A stretch of 64,000 nucleotides of DNA from a bacterium BMS3Abin02 (GCA_002897675.1 BDSU01000040.1:5201-69200); one strand, 5' to 3'. Counted from the stretch's first letter, positions 8,775 to 18,779 are shown. A program made the numbers and translations. Notes: a model not told the origin generated them from the letters alone.

Positions 8775-9311
8775 ATGCTGAAGGCAGGAAGACTCCTCGT
8801 CGCCACTCCGACGATTGTCGACCCCAACTTCGCGCGCACGGTCGTGTTGCTGTGCAAGTACGGAGACGAGGGGGCCGTCGGCCTGGTGCTCAATCGCCCG
8901 TCGGACGTCGCCGCAGCCGATCACCTTCCGGAGTGGACCCACCTGCTCTCCGAACCGTTCGTGGGATTTGGGGGACCGGTCGATACCGAAGCGGCCGTCG
9001 GACTCGGTCGAGGGGCGGTGCCATCAAAGCTGTGGACGCCGATCTCCTCTGATATGGGTTTGGTCGACCTCAGCCTCAGCCCGACGCAGATCCAAGGCAT
9101 CGAAGCGGTCCGGGTCTTCGCCGGCTATTCGGGATGGGGCCCCGGTCAACTCGAGGTCGAGATCGCCGAGGCAGGCTGGTTCGTGGTCGAGTCGGATGAG
9201 CGGGATGTCTTTGGTTCCGAGGCGCCCGGGCTCTGGTCGAGGGTGTTGCGACGGCAACGTGGAGAGATCGCGTTGTTCGCCGACTTTCCTGCCGATCCGA
9301 GCATGAACTGA
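8775..9311 (+). CDS. YqgE/AlgH-family protein (UPF0301/DUF179)
   Basis: 178 aa. N-terminus GRLLVATPTIVDPNFARTVVLLCKYGDEGAVGLVLNRP is typical of the YqgE/AlgH family. Confidence 0.8.
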   Translation: MLKAGRLLVATPTIVDPNFARTVVLLCKYGDEGAVGLVLNRPSDVAAADHLPEWTHLLSEPFVGFGGPVDTEAAVGLGRGAVPSKLWTPISSDMGLVDLSLSPTQIQGIEAVRVFAGYSGWGPGQLEVEIAEAGWFVVESDERDVFGSEAPGLWSRVLRRQRGEIALFADFPADPSMN

Positions 9312-9336
9312 GCAGCCCATCAGGTAGGCTCGTCCG

Positions 9337-10002
9337 GTGGCAGCAGTATTGCTTCGTCCATCCATCAGGGGCGCCTCCCCGAATCTGCGAGTTGAGCAGG
9401 AGTATTGGAACTCAGGAGCCGGCATCGTCGCGGGGATCGACGAGGTCGGCCGTGGAGCCTGGGCAGGTCCGCTCACGGTCGCCGTTGCCGTACTCCCGAA
9501 GGAGCGACGAATCTACAGGGTTCGAGACTCCAAACTCCTCAATGAGCCTGAACGTGAGGCGATGTTCGATCGGATCGCTCAGTGGTGTGACGATTGGGCA
9601 GTCGGGCACGCGACCGCCGCCGAGTGCGATCGTCTTGGCATGTCCCAGGCACAACGTGTGGCGGCATCGAGAGCGATCGAGCGTCTGGCCCGACAGCCTG
9701 ACAGAGTGCTCGTAGACGGCCGGTGGGACTTCGTGGCGCGAGGGAACAGCCACATGATCGTTCACGGAGACCGAACCTCGCTGTCGATCGCGGCCGCCTC
9801 GATTCTCGCCAAGGTGACTCGGGACAGGCTCATGAGGGCCCTCTCCGGTGACCTGCCCTGGTACCGCCTCGAGCGGAACAAGGGCTACGCGAGCCCGACT
9901 CATCGAGCGGCGCTACAGGTGTGGGGTCCTTCGACCCTTCACCGGACGTCATGGGGATTCATGGACAAACTCATGTGGCGAAAGCACCGGACGACCCGAT
10001 AG
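9337..10002 (+). CDS. rnhB: Ribonuclease HII. Start approximate.
   Basis: GIDEVGRGAWAGPLTVAV catalytic N-terminal motif and a conserved C-terminal region (KGYASPTHRAALQ). Confidence 0.85.
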   Translation: MAAVLLRPSIRGASPNLRVEQEYWNSGAGIVAGIDEVGRGAWAGPLTVAVAVLPKERRIYRVRDSKLLNEPEREAMFDRIAQWCDDWAVGHATAAECDRLGMSQAQRVAASRAIERLARQPDRVLVDGRWDFVARGNSHMIVHGDRTSLSIAAASILAKVTRDRLMRALSGDLPWYRLERNKGYASPTHRAALQVWGPSTLHRTSWGFMDKLMWRKHRTTR

Positions 10003-10334
10003 CGTGACGACATTGTCGGGGAATCGCCGCATGGGGCGAACTCGACGTGTGGGAACGCCCTCAACCCGCAGCCGTACGATCACAGCGCCCTCCCGGGAGC
10101 GTGTCAAGATCCTCACGGGACTGAAGACGAACCCTTCGTGTGTCTCTGATGCGCGGGCCTGCCTCGAACGGTCTCGAAGGCTCTCACGGCCCAATCGGAG
10201 CCCGCGGACCAAGTGATCGTCGGACGGGACATCCAGAGGCTGCCGGCCCTCGACGTCCCGTTCATCCTGTCGGACTTGCGCTCTGGTGCGCCACGCAGGC
10301 GCAGGCAGGTGATCTGGCGGGGTAGGCTTACATC

Positions 10335-11096
10335 ATGAGGGTGCGTCCACCCGCCGTCGCGGGTACGTTCTATCCGCGGAACCCCAGCCGCCTTCGTAGC
10401 ATGATCGAAGGATTCCTCGCCACGGTGGAGGCCGATACCGCCGACCACCCGAAAGCGATCATCACCCCTCATGCGGGATATCTCTACTCGGGCCCCATTG
10501 CCGCCACCGCCTACGCGACTCTCGACCGGGACCTCGTCCATAGGGTCGTGGTGATCGGACCATCCCACTTCGTCTGGTTCGAAGGCCTGGCCCTCCCCGG
10601 TGTGGACAGTTTCCGAACTCCACTCGGAGACATCCCGCTCGTCGAATCCCTCCCCATGCAGTTTCCCGTCATCCCCTCGGCGCACGCCAGGGAGCATTCG
10701 ATCGAGGTTCAACTTCCCTTCCTCCAGGTCGTGCTCGACCAGTTCGACCTGCTCCCACTCGTTGTCGGAGATGCCGACCCGGCCCTGGTTGCCGCGGCGC
10801 TCGAAGCGCTCGAGGGAGGACCGGAAACACTGATCGTCATCAGCTCCGATCTCTCCCACTATCTCGCCTACGAGGACGCCCGACGTGTGGATTCGACAAC
10901 GGCATCCCAAATCGTGAACAGGCAGGGAAGTGCGCTCGCTCGAGACTCCGCCTGCGGGCTTCGCGGAATCCAGGGCGTGCTGCTGTTCGCCGAACGGCAC
11001 CAACTGCCTGTCCGCCTCCTCGACCTTCGCAATTCGGGAGACACCGCCGGCGACAAGGAGCGCGTCGTCGGCTACGGAGCGTTCGCGATCGGTTGA
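10335..11096 (+). CDS. MEMO1-family protein (AmmeMemoRadiSam system protein B)
   Basis: 253 aa. The signature AGTFYP near the N-terminus plus His-rich metal-site residues (HAGYLYSGP, GPSHF) are characteristic of MEMO1/AmmeMemoRadiSam protein B. Confidence 0.8.
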   Translation: MRVRPPAVAGTFYPRNPSRLRSMIEGFLATVEADTADHPKAIITPHAGYLYSGPIAATAYATLDRDLVHRVVVIGPSHFVWFEGLALPGVDSFRTPLGDIPLVESLPMQFPVIPSAHAREHSIEVQLPFLQVVLDQFDLLPLVVGDADPALVAAALEALEGGPETLIVISSDLSHYLAYEDARRVDSTTASQIVNRQGSALARDSACGLRGIQGVLLFAERHQLPVRLLDLRNSGDTAGDKERVVGYGAFAIG

Positions 11097-11187
11097 TGAT
11101 CTCGTCGAGACCCACCGGCCCGGATCGGCGTCTTCGGAGGAATCGAGTTGTGCGTCCGGCGCATGACACCGAGTTAGGCTGCTGGAC

Positions 11188-12696
11188 GTGAAAGCTGTTG
11201 TCATCGGAGCGGGGCTCGGCGGACTGAGCGCCGCTGCCCACCTGGCACGAGCGGGCATCGATGTGACCGTCCTCGAGCACCACTCGGTCCCCGGCGGCTA
11301 CGCCCACGAATTCAAGCGTGGCGACTTCCGCTTCGACGTGGCGCTCCATGCCCTGGACGGTGCCGGTCCGGGAGGATGGCTGTATCCGATCCTGGACGAA
11401 CTCGGAATCGATCTTGCGATGACGAGACTCGACCCTCTCTACCGGGCACGGTATCCAGACATCGACATCCTCGTGCCGGCCGATCTGACCGAGTACCGGG
11501 CGCAGCTCGAGTCTCTGTTCCCTCTCGAGCGTGAGGGAATCCGAAGTCTGATCGGGGCACTCAGGCGGGTCTCCCACGACGTTGGCCTCTACACGGTCGA
11601 CCGTCGACAGGGGACGCGCCCGGCGCCCTCAGAGATACCGGCCCGCTATCCGGCCATGGCAAACGCGTTCTCCCGAACATGGTCTGAACTCCTCGGAAGC
11701 CACATCGGTGACGCGAGGCTCAGGACGCTCTTCTCCACGCTGTGGGGCTATCTCGGCCTGCCACCGAGTCGGGTGAGTGCCGGACTCTTCGCCCTCGCAT
11801 GGACCAGCTACCACGTCGGCGGCGGCTACTACCCGGCCGGAGGAAGCCAGGCGCTCAGCCGCGCCTTCGCAGATGTCGTCACCCGACACGCAGGGGAGAT
11901 CCTCTACCGCCAGACAGTGAATGGGATCACGGTACGAGACGGTACCGCCGTCGCCGTGACCACGGAGCGCGGCCTGACGGTGGATGCGGACGTCGTCATC
12001 TCGAACGCCAGCCCCGTCGACACGATGCGTTTCCTCGGCACGGACACGCTTCCAGATCACTATGTGGAACGTCGGCGCGCCGATGTGCCCTCCTTGTCCA
12101 CACTCGTCCTGTACTTGGGGCTCGACCGTGACATCGGTGCCGAGGGGTGGAAAGGCCATGAGGTCTTCGTTTCAGATACCTTCGATACCGACGCCGACTA
12201 CAAGGCCGCGATCTCCGGAGACTTCGCGAACGCATCCATGGTGATTGCGGACTACACGCACACCGATCCTGGATGTGCACCGGCAGGCAAGAGTGCCCTG
12301 GTGATCCTGACATTGGCACCGTGGGGGTATGCGGATACCTGGGGTACCCACGGAGATCTGGACGGATACCGGCGAAATCCTCGATACCGGGCATTGAAGG
12401 GCGCAGCCGGTCAGACTCTGCTCAGGCGTGCGGAACGGCTCATCCCCGGCCTGCAGGACTCCATCGAGGTGATGGAGGTGGCGACGCCACTGACCAATCA
12501 TCGCTACGGGTTGGCGACACACGGCTCCATCTACGGTCGTGAGCAGACGGTGGACAACCTGCTGGTCCGTATTTCCCCCAAGATGCCGATCCCCAACGTG
12601 TTCCTGGCCGGGGCCTGGGTCGGTGGGGGAGGGATGAGCGCCGCGATCGGGTCGGGGAGAACCGCAGCCAAGATCGTCCTGTCCCGGTTCGGGTGA
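11188..12696 (+). CDS. NAD(P)/FAD-dependent oxidoreductase, phytoene-desaturase (CrtI-like) family
   Basis: N-terminal dinucleotide-binding fold KAVVIGAGLGGLSAAAHLARAG...VLEHHSVPGGYA. 502 aa, a length typical of CrtI-family amine oxidase/desaturase proteins. Confidence 0.75.
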   Translation: MKAVVIGAGLGGLSAAAHLARAGIDVTVLEHHSVPGGYAHEFKRGDFRFDVALHALDGAGPGGWLYPILDELGIDLAMTRLDPLYRARYPDIDILVPADLTEYRAQLESLFPLEREGIRSLIGALRRVSHDVGLYTVDRRQGTRPAPSEIPARYPAMANAFSRTWSELLGSHIGDARLRTLFSTLWGYLGLPPSRVSAGLFALAWTSYHVGGGYYPAGGSQALSRAFADVVTRHAGEILYRQTVNGITVRDGTAVAVTTERGLTVDADVVISNASPVDTMRFLGTDTLPDHYVERRRADVPSLSTLVLYLGLDRDIGAEGWKGHEVFVSDTFDTDADYKAAISGDFANASMVIADYTHTDPGCAPAGKSALVILTLAPWGYADTWGTHGDLDGYRRNPRYRALKGAAGQTLLRRAERLIPGLQDSIEVMEVATPLTNHRYGLATHGSIYGREQTVDNLLVRISPKMPIPNVFLAGAWVGGGGMSAAIGSGRTAAKIVLSRFG

Positions 12697-12699
12697 ACG

Positions 12700-14073
12700 T
12701 CACGGTTCTGAAGACTCGACCAGCTCGTCCTGTTCGTCGAGAAGTGGCACTCGGACGTCCCACCCGAGCTCGGATCGGATGCGCACTCGCAGTGCCTCTG
12801 CCGCGTCCGGCTCACCGTGGGTGATGAAGGTCCGCTTTGGCGGGCGTTCGAAGCTCCGGAGCCATTGCATGATCTCGTCGGCATCGGCGTGAGCCGACAG
12901 GCCGCCGATGCGTTCGACCCGGCAGCGGATGGGTATCCACTCGCCGTGGATCTTCACCTTCTTCTCGCCATCGAGAATCCTGCGTCCACGGGTTCCTCCG
13001 GCTTGATACCCGACGAACACGAGCGTGTTTCGCTCGTCGGGGGCGATGAACCTGAGGTGGTGAAGAACCCGCCCGCCGGTGAGCATGCCTGAGGCCGAGA
13101 CGATCACCCCCGGACCTTCCAGGTGGTTCAGCTCCTTCGACTCATCGACGGACCGCACCATGTGCACATCCCGTTCCAGGCCTTCGAGTTGGTCGAGCGT
13201 AAGGCGGTGGTCCTGCGGGTACTCGAGGTAGAGATCGGTGGTCTTGACGGCCATGGGACTGTTGAGATAGACGGGTATTCTCGGGATCCTGCCCGCTTCC
13301 ATGAGGGTGTAGATGGCATACAGCACGGCCTGGGCCCGTCCTACCGCGAACGAGGGAATGAGGACGACGCCTTTGCGTGCGACTGTGCCGTTGATGATCG
13401 TCTCGAGGCGCGATGCTGCATCCTCGTGCTCGTGGATCCGGTCACCATAGGTCGATTCACACACCAGGAAGTCGGTGTCCAGCCCTGTTCGCGGCGCGGA
13501 CATGACTGGATCGTTCGGCCTGCCGAGATCGCCGCTGAACGTCAGAGTCGTCTCACCAGACTCGATCCGAACGATCGATGCTCCAAGGATGTGTCCGTCG
13601 GGAAGGAAGCTGAACGACAGGTCTTCGTCAAAACGGTGACGTGTGTCGAAGTCGAGCGGCCGAAAGCTGCCGAGTGCTGCGAGCGCGTCGGCTTCGGTGT
13701 AGAGAGGGAGCGCGGGCTCGTGTTTCGAGAACTTCTTCTTGTTGGCGTACTCGGCGTCTTCCTCTTGGATGTGTCCGCTGTCCGGCAGGAGAATTGCAGC
13801 GAGATCGATGGTCGCGGGTGTGGCAAACACGGGACCGGAGAACCCGTGCTTGATCAGAAGGGGGAGGTACCCGCTGTGATCGAGGTGGGCGTGCGTGAGC
13901 ACGACCGCATCCAGCGATACGGGGTCGATGGGCAGGGGAGCCCAGTTGCGTTCCCGCAAGTTCTTGTAGCCCTGGAAGAGGCCACAGTCGACGAGAACTC
14001 GCTTGCTTTCTGCCGTGACGAGGTACTTGGAGCCGGTGACGGTGCCTGTCGCGCCGAGGAACTGGATGTTCAT
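12700..14073 (-). CDS. MBL-fold metallo-hydrolase with beta-CASP/RNA-specificity domain (RNA-metabolising, RNase J / CPSF-like)
   Basis: HxHxDH motif (THAHLDHSGYLP) followed by beta-CASP motifs (ESTYGDR ... GGLSAHAD). The start was set at the internal MNIQFLGATG. The longer ORF has an implausible Arg-rich leader. Confidence 0.8.
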   Translation of the reverse strand: MNIQFLGATGTVTGSKYLVTAESKRVLVDCGLFQGYKNLRERNWAPLPIDPVSLDAVVLTHAHLDHSGYLPLLIKHGFSGPVFATPATIDLAAILLPDSGHIQEEDAEYANKKKFSKHEPALPLYTEADALAALGSFRPLDFDTRHRFDEDLSFSFLPDGHILGASIVRIESGETTLTFSGDLGRPNDPVMSAPRTGLDTDFLVCESTYGDRIHEHEDAASRLETIINGTVARKGVVLIPSFAVGRAQAVLYAIYTLMEAGRIPRIPVYLNSPMAVKTTDLYLEYPQDHRLTLDQLEGLERDVHMVRSVDESKELNHLEGPGVIVSASGMLTGGRVLHHLRFIAPDERNTLVFVGYQAGGTRGRRILDGEKKVKIHGEWIPIRCRVERIGGLSAHADADEIMQWLRSFERPPKRTFITHGEPDAAEALRVRIRSELGWDVRVPLLDEQDELVESSEP

Positions 14074-14249
14074 GGTAGGGAGGCTAGCGCCGCGCCAGGA
14101 GAACCTCTTCGGCCGCCTCGCCCTCGTCCCCTTCCTGTCCGCTCGGTGGGGGAGCGCCCGCCGTCTCGGCCCGCCGGCCTCGCCATCGAAACACCGAAGG
14201 CTGCGAGGCCGGGCACCTGCGACGACCGTGTCAGCGTGTACGCTCGCCG

Positions 14250-15259
14250 ACATGCAGTACACCAAACTCGGCTCATCCGGTCTTGAAGTCTCCCGCATCG
14301 CTCTGGGTTGCATGAGCTATGGGACCCCGTCATGGCGGCCGTGGGTGCTCGACGCAGAAGCCTCCAAGCCGTTCTTCCGACGTGCGGTCGAACTGGGCAT
14401 CAACTTCTTCGATACCGCCGACATGTACTCTCTCGGCGTCGGCGAGGAGGTAACGGGCCGGTGGGTCCGAGAGTTCGCTCAGCTCGATGAGGTCGTCATT
14501 GCCACGAAGGTGTTCTTTCCGATGTCGGACAGGCCGAACATGGGAGGGTTGTCCCGCAAGCACATCGTGCAGGCCTGTGAGGCGAGCCTGCGGCGGCTGG
14601 GTGTGGACACGATCGACCTGTACCAGATCCACAGGTTCGATCCTCTCACTCCTCTCGAGGAGACTCTGGCCGCTCTCGATCATCTCGTTCATCAGGGCAA
14701 GGTGCGCTATCTCGGTGCGAGTTCCATGTATGCCTATCAACTGATGCGTGCCCTGACGCTGTCCGAGCGCCGGGGTTGGGCCAAGTTCGTCTCCATGCAG
14801 GATCACTACAACCTCGCTTATCGGGAGGAAGAGAGGGAGATGTTGCCCCTGTGCGAGGAGGAAGGTCTGGGAGTGATCCCGTGGTCTCCACTGGCAAGAG
14901 GGTTGCTCGCCAGGACCCGCCGCCCTGAAACGGAACCCGCGACTTCGAGGTCTGCCACCGATGTCCTCGACAGGATGTGGTATGGCAGCCCATCCGACCT
15001 CGAAGTCGTCGAAGCGGTACGGGAGGTGGCCGGCAGGCGCGGCGTGGCTCCCGCGACAATCGCTCTCGCATGGCTCCTCTCACGGCCTGCGGTGACCGCA
15101 CCCATCATCGGTGCCACCAAGGTCTCCCACCTGGACGACGCGATCGCAGCCCTGGAGATCGACCTCGACGACGAGGAACACGCGGCCCTCGAGAAGCCAT
15201 ATCGCCCGCATGCCGTCATCGGCATGGAGTCTCCCAAGTCGGTCACGAATCCCCACTAG
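14250..15259 (+). CDS. Aldo/keto reductase
   Basis: MQYTKLGSSGLEVSRIALGCMSYG ... IDLYQIHRFDP ... IPWSPLARGLL are classic AKR motifs. The start was set at the ATG, not the long upstream extension. Confidence 0.85.
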
Positions 15260-15461
15260 CGCGGAGGCGTGTTCCTGCGCACGTGGAGCCCGGACGTACG
15301 TGTCGCGCGCTCCTGGCCCTTGAAGAGATCGTGAGGCGAGCCGGTGGGGGAGTAGGACCATGGCGCAGACCCCTCGGTCACTTCATCGCATCCGCGGCGA
15401 ACTGTTCGGGTTCTCAGTTGGAGAACACCCCGAGCCGAGATGCGGGGAACCGTTCGGCCCT

Positions 15462-17276
15462 TCAGGCTTCGACGTCTGACTCGGCCGGAACGAGTGAGAT
15501 GACGGTGTCGCCCGGTGCTGCGTCGCGCAGCGGCCGCGTGTTGCCGCTTTCGATGACGAGTACTTTCCCGTTGAGTTTGACGACGAACAGCACCGCGGCA
15601 ACACGGTCGCTCAGCACGCTCGTGTCCAGACCGTCGGCACCGTCACCAAGCTTGGTGCGGCGGATCTCCCCGCCGTTCTCGAGGAGATGGAGCAACGCGT
15701 TGTAGTTCCAGTCGGATCCGAAGAGCAGGCGGCCGCCCAAGTCCGATGCAGGGTTTGAGTCGATCCCGGTGTCTCGGCGCCGGGGCACGAGCTGGTATGT
15801 CTCGGCACCGCCAAAGGTACTCGCATAGCGGCCGGCGGCGAGGGTGTTGACATCGTCGTTCGGGGTCAGAGCCAGGAGTCGTCCGATGCCGGACAGATCG
15901 AGGTCGAGGTCCACGTCGCGGGCAAGGACGTTGCCGTAGTAGGTGCGCCGGCCTGCCATCGAGGCGTCGACATGGTCGTCGCGGTTGGTTGTGGCGAGTA
16001 CGACCTCGACTCCCGAGTCGGCCAGAGCGTCGGCGATTGCCCGTTCCACAGGTCCTGCACCCAGGATCAGCGAACCCTCCTGGTGCCGCTCGGCCAGTCC
16101 GAGGCGGCGGGCAAGCGGACCCATGCCAAGCCCGTAGATGGTGACCGTGGCAACGATCACTGCAAAGACGAGCGGTGTGATCTCGTCGCCGCCTGGGATG
16201 CCCTCGCGTTGGAGCTCGAGCGCAAAGACGGATGCGATCGAGGCGGCCACGATACCGCGAGGAGCCACCCCGGCGAGAAGTACTCGCTCCTTCCACGGGA
16301 ACCGCGACCGCCAGGTCGCGACCGCCACTGCCACAGGTCGGGCAACGAGCACCAGAGCGAGCACGAGAGCGACGGCCGCAGTCAGGTCGACCTGGAGCTG
16401 TTCGATCGAGAGCCGGGCGCTCAGAACGATGAACAGCACCCCGATCAGCAGCACCCTCAGCACTTCGGAGAACTGGAGTATTTGTTCCGTGCGGATCGTC
16501 TTGTGGTTGGCGAGGACCAACCCGAGCACGGTCGTGGCCAGCAGGCCGGACTCGGGGGCGAACAAATCGGCAACGATGAAGGCCAGGAGGGCCACACTGA
16601 CACCGAACAGCGACAGCAGATGTTCGGGAACCCAGTGACGCCGGAGGGCAGGGATCGCACCCAGGGCCATGAGCCCACCGACGGCAACTCCCGCAAACAC
16701 GAACTGGGCGACCTGGCTGATGACTTCGCCGGGCGTTGCGGCAACCCTGCCGACGAGGAACACCTCAAACGCCACAACGGCGACCAACGCCCCGATCGGG
16801 TCGATGAAGATGCTCTCCCACTTGAGAATCGAACCGACCGAGCGCCGCGGCCGGACATGGGTGAGGAGAGGCCCCACGACCGTCGGTCCAGAAACCACGA
16901 GAATCGACCCCAGCAGCACGGCAAGGCCGGGCTTGAGGTCAGTGAAGGCGAGGGCGGTCACCGCTCCGATCGTCCAGGTGATGAGCACGCCGACGGTCAC
17001 CAGCAGCCACAACACCCGTTGTTGGCCCGCCATCTCCCTCATGCGAAGGCTGAGGCCTCCCTCGAAGAGAATGAGGCCGACCGCGATCGACACCGACGGC
17101 GTCAGCAGCTCTCCCATCAGGTCATCCGGGTTGATCAGCCCAAATGCGGGGCCGATGAGGAATCCCGTCAGGAGGAGCGGAAGAATCACGGGCACGCGGA
17201 TGCGCTCTCCGAGCCATGTGACGGCGAAAGCGAGAACGACGATGCCACCCAACTGCACAATCGGATCGTCGAACAC
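15462..17276 (-). CDS. Na+/H+ antiporter (CPA1/NhaP-type) with C-terminal regulatory domain
   Basis: About 12 predicted TM helices, then a soluble C-terminal Rossmann-like domain (LGAGPVERAIADAL). 604 aa. GTG start. Confidence 0.8.
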   Translation of the reverse strand: MFDDPIVQLGGIVVLAFAVTWLGERIRVPVILPLLLTGFLIGPAFGLINPDDLMGELLTPSVSIAVGLILFEGGLSLRMREMAGQQRVLWLLVTVGVLITWTIGAVTALAFTDLKPGLAVLLGSILVVSGPTVVGPLLTHVRPRRSVGSILKWESIFIDPIGALVAVVAFEVFLVGRVAATPGEVISQVAQFVFAGVAVGGLMALGAIPALRRHWVPEHLLSLFGVSVALLAFIVADLFAPESGLLATTVLGLVLANHKTIRTEQILQFSEVLRVLLIGVLFIVLSARLSIEQLQVDLTAAVALVLALVLVARPVAVAVATWRSRFPWKERVLLAGVAPRGIVAASIASVFALELQREGIPGGDEITPLVFAVIVATVTIYGLGMGPLARRLGLAERHQEGSLILGAGPVERAIADALADSGVEVVLATTNRDDHVDASMAGRRTYYGNVLARDVDLDLDLSGIGRLLALTPNDDVNTLAAGRYASTFGGAETYQLVPRRRDTGIDSNPASDLGGRLLFGSDWNYNALLHLLENGGEIRRTKLGDGADGLDTSVLSDRVAAVLFVVKLNGKVLVIESGNTRPLRDAAPGDTVISLVPAESDVEA

Positions 17277-18266
17277 CAGCGGAGCCTTCCATGGGACGCC
17301 TTGTGGATGGGGATTCTAAGGGAGCGCGCGCTTTGCGCTCCACCCCGTGCACGATGACCAGGCATCCCGTGGTCTGTGTCACGGATTCACCCGAGCCCTC
17401 ATGCAGGCCGCCTCGCCGCTGTTCTCGCTCGTCGGCACCTGCACGGCGATCGATGCGGCGCCTCGGCCACACCGTTCCCGAGGGTTGAATCATGCGTCCA
17501 GTGGTGGCTCGTCGCCCGGGAAATCGAGCACGATCGAGCCGGACAGGCTGATGCCGCGCCATGACACATCGGATCCTCCGTCGAGACCGGGAAACCCGGC
17601 CGCTTCATCCATCATCGGCGCCCTCGTCACCTCGACGCACGAAGGTCGGCAGTGGGAGAGCGTGGACTCGAGTGAGAGCCTGTCAGGTTCCAGGGGCCAC
17701 ACTCCCGGCCGGGGATGGGCAAAGCACGTAGAAACTGTCGACGCAAGCGCAACTTAACATAACGTGGATTATGGGCGTTTGGAGATTCTCGCAGCTTCCC
17801 TCGTCCGGACGCCATGCGCTCTCCAGACCCCGGCCGGACCAGGGCCGCCGGCAGCCTCGAGGCGGCAAGTTCCACGAACCTTCGACGCTTACCGGATACA
17901 GACAACGGGCGTCCTCGGCATGTAGTGGATTCCCAGAACGTCTCGAAGGCTACGACCATATCGCACCGCCCCGGATCCATGGCCCATCGCGAATCGCTCG
18001 TTGCCTTCTGCCGCCTTCTTCCGCCCGAACTCCACTTCGGGACACAAAGCGTCACGTGACGGATTAGGAGGCCGACACGTGTGCCGGCGTCCGAGGATCA
18101 CCTGAAGTCGGCCGGGTAGCGCCGATGTGGAGATCGGCGGCCGCGCGCGTGGGTCTCAGACCTTCCGTCACCGGCATTTCGTACCGGCGGGCTCGAGGGA
18201 CCGGCGCATGGTCCTGCACGTCCGGCGAAGCGCGCCATGGAGGGCTCAGGGATTTCCCAGACAGCG

Positions 18267-18292
18267 GGAATGGACGCCGCAATTCCGGCGTT
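18267..18292 (+). promoter_or_regulatory. SigH/SigR-type (ECF, thiol-oxidative-stress) promoter GGAAT-N18-GTT upstream of thioredoxin
   Basis: GGAAT at 18267-18271, an exact 18-nt spacer, GTT at 18290-18292, 66 nt upstream of the trx ATG. Thioredoxin genes are canonical SigR/SigH regulon members in actinobacteria. Confidence 0.45.
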
Positions 18293-18357
18293 TGCCCTAC
18301 CGGAGATACAATGTACCCCTAGGGGGTATCAGCGTTCACAGCACCCGTGGAGAGATA

Positions 18358-18732
18358 ATGGCGACCGTCACACTGACCAACGACAACTTTGAAGACACCA
18401 TCATGGACAACGATATGGTGCTCGTCGACTTCTGGGCCGAATGGTGCCGCCCCTGCAAGATGTTCGGACCCGTGTTCGAGAAGATGTCGGAGAAGTACCC
18501 CGACATCGTCTTCGGCAAGGTCGACACCGAAGCACAGCAGGAACTGGCCGGCCACTTCAACATCCGCTCGATTCCGACCCTCATGGTTTTCCGCGAGAAG
18601 ACGATCTTGTTCTCCCAGGCGGGAGCGCTTCCCGAGTCGATGCTCCAGGACTTGATCACTCAGGTCAGCGAGATCGACATGGAAGATGTGCGCCGCAGGA
18701 TCGAGGAGCAGGCCGCCGAAGCAGACGCCTGA
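18358..18732 (+). CDS. trx: Thioredoxin (atypical CRPC active-site dipeptide)
   Basis: 125 aa thioredoxin fold. LVDFWAEWCRPCK active site and cis-Pro region IPTLMVF. The upstream in-frame extension in the ORF track was rejected. Confidence 0.85.
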   Translation: MATVTLTNDNFEDTIMDNDMVLVDFWAEWCRPCKMFGPVFEKMSEKYPDIVFGKVDTEAQQELAGHFNIRSIPTLMVFREKTILFSQAGALPESMLQDLITQVSEIDMEDVRRRIEEQAAEADA

Positions 18733-18754
18733 ACGGGTCTCGACCCCATTGCTT

Positions 18755-18779
18755 CCACCGCCGGCTCCCCCGGCGGTGG
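18755..18779 (+). terminator. Terminator-like GC hairpin after thioredoxin (CCACCGCCGG-ctccc-CCGGCGGTGG)
   Basis: 10-bp perfect stem with a 5-nt loop, 23 nt after the trx stop, followed by a T-containing stretch (tgccttat). Confidence 0.45.

Noticed and set aside
8229-8942. Several overlapping ORFs (8229-8723, 8314-8781, 8645-8893, 8724-8942) across the GNAT/yqgE intergenic region
   Set aside because: Low-complexity Arg-rich translations with no support. The region is better explained by the 17-bp inverted repeat and two real flanking genes.
15398-15455. Two GAAC-N-GTTC palindromes (CGAACTGTTCG, GAACCGTTC) in the convergent AKR/antiporter spacer, plus GAACGCGTTC upstream of metK. Considered as LexA/Cheo-like boxes.
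   Set aside because: The arms are only 4-5 bp, and dozens of such palindromes are expected by chance in 64 kb. The spacing (N1-N2) does not match Gram-positive (N4) or actinobacterial LexA boxes.
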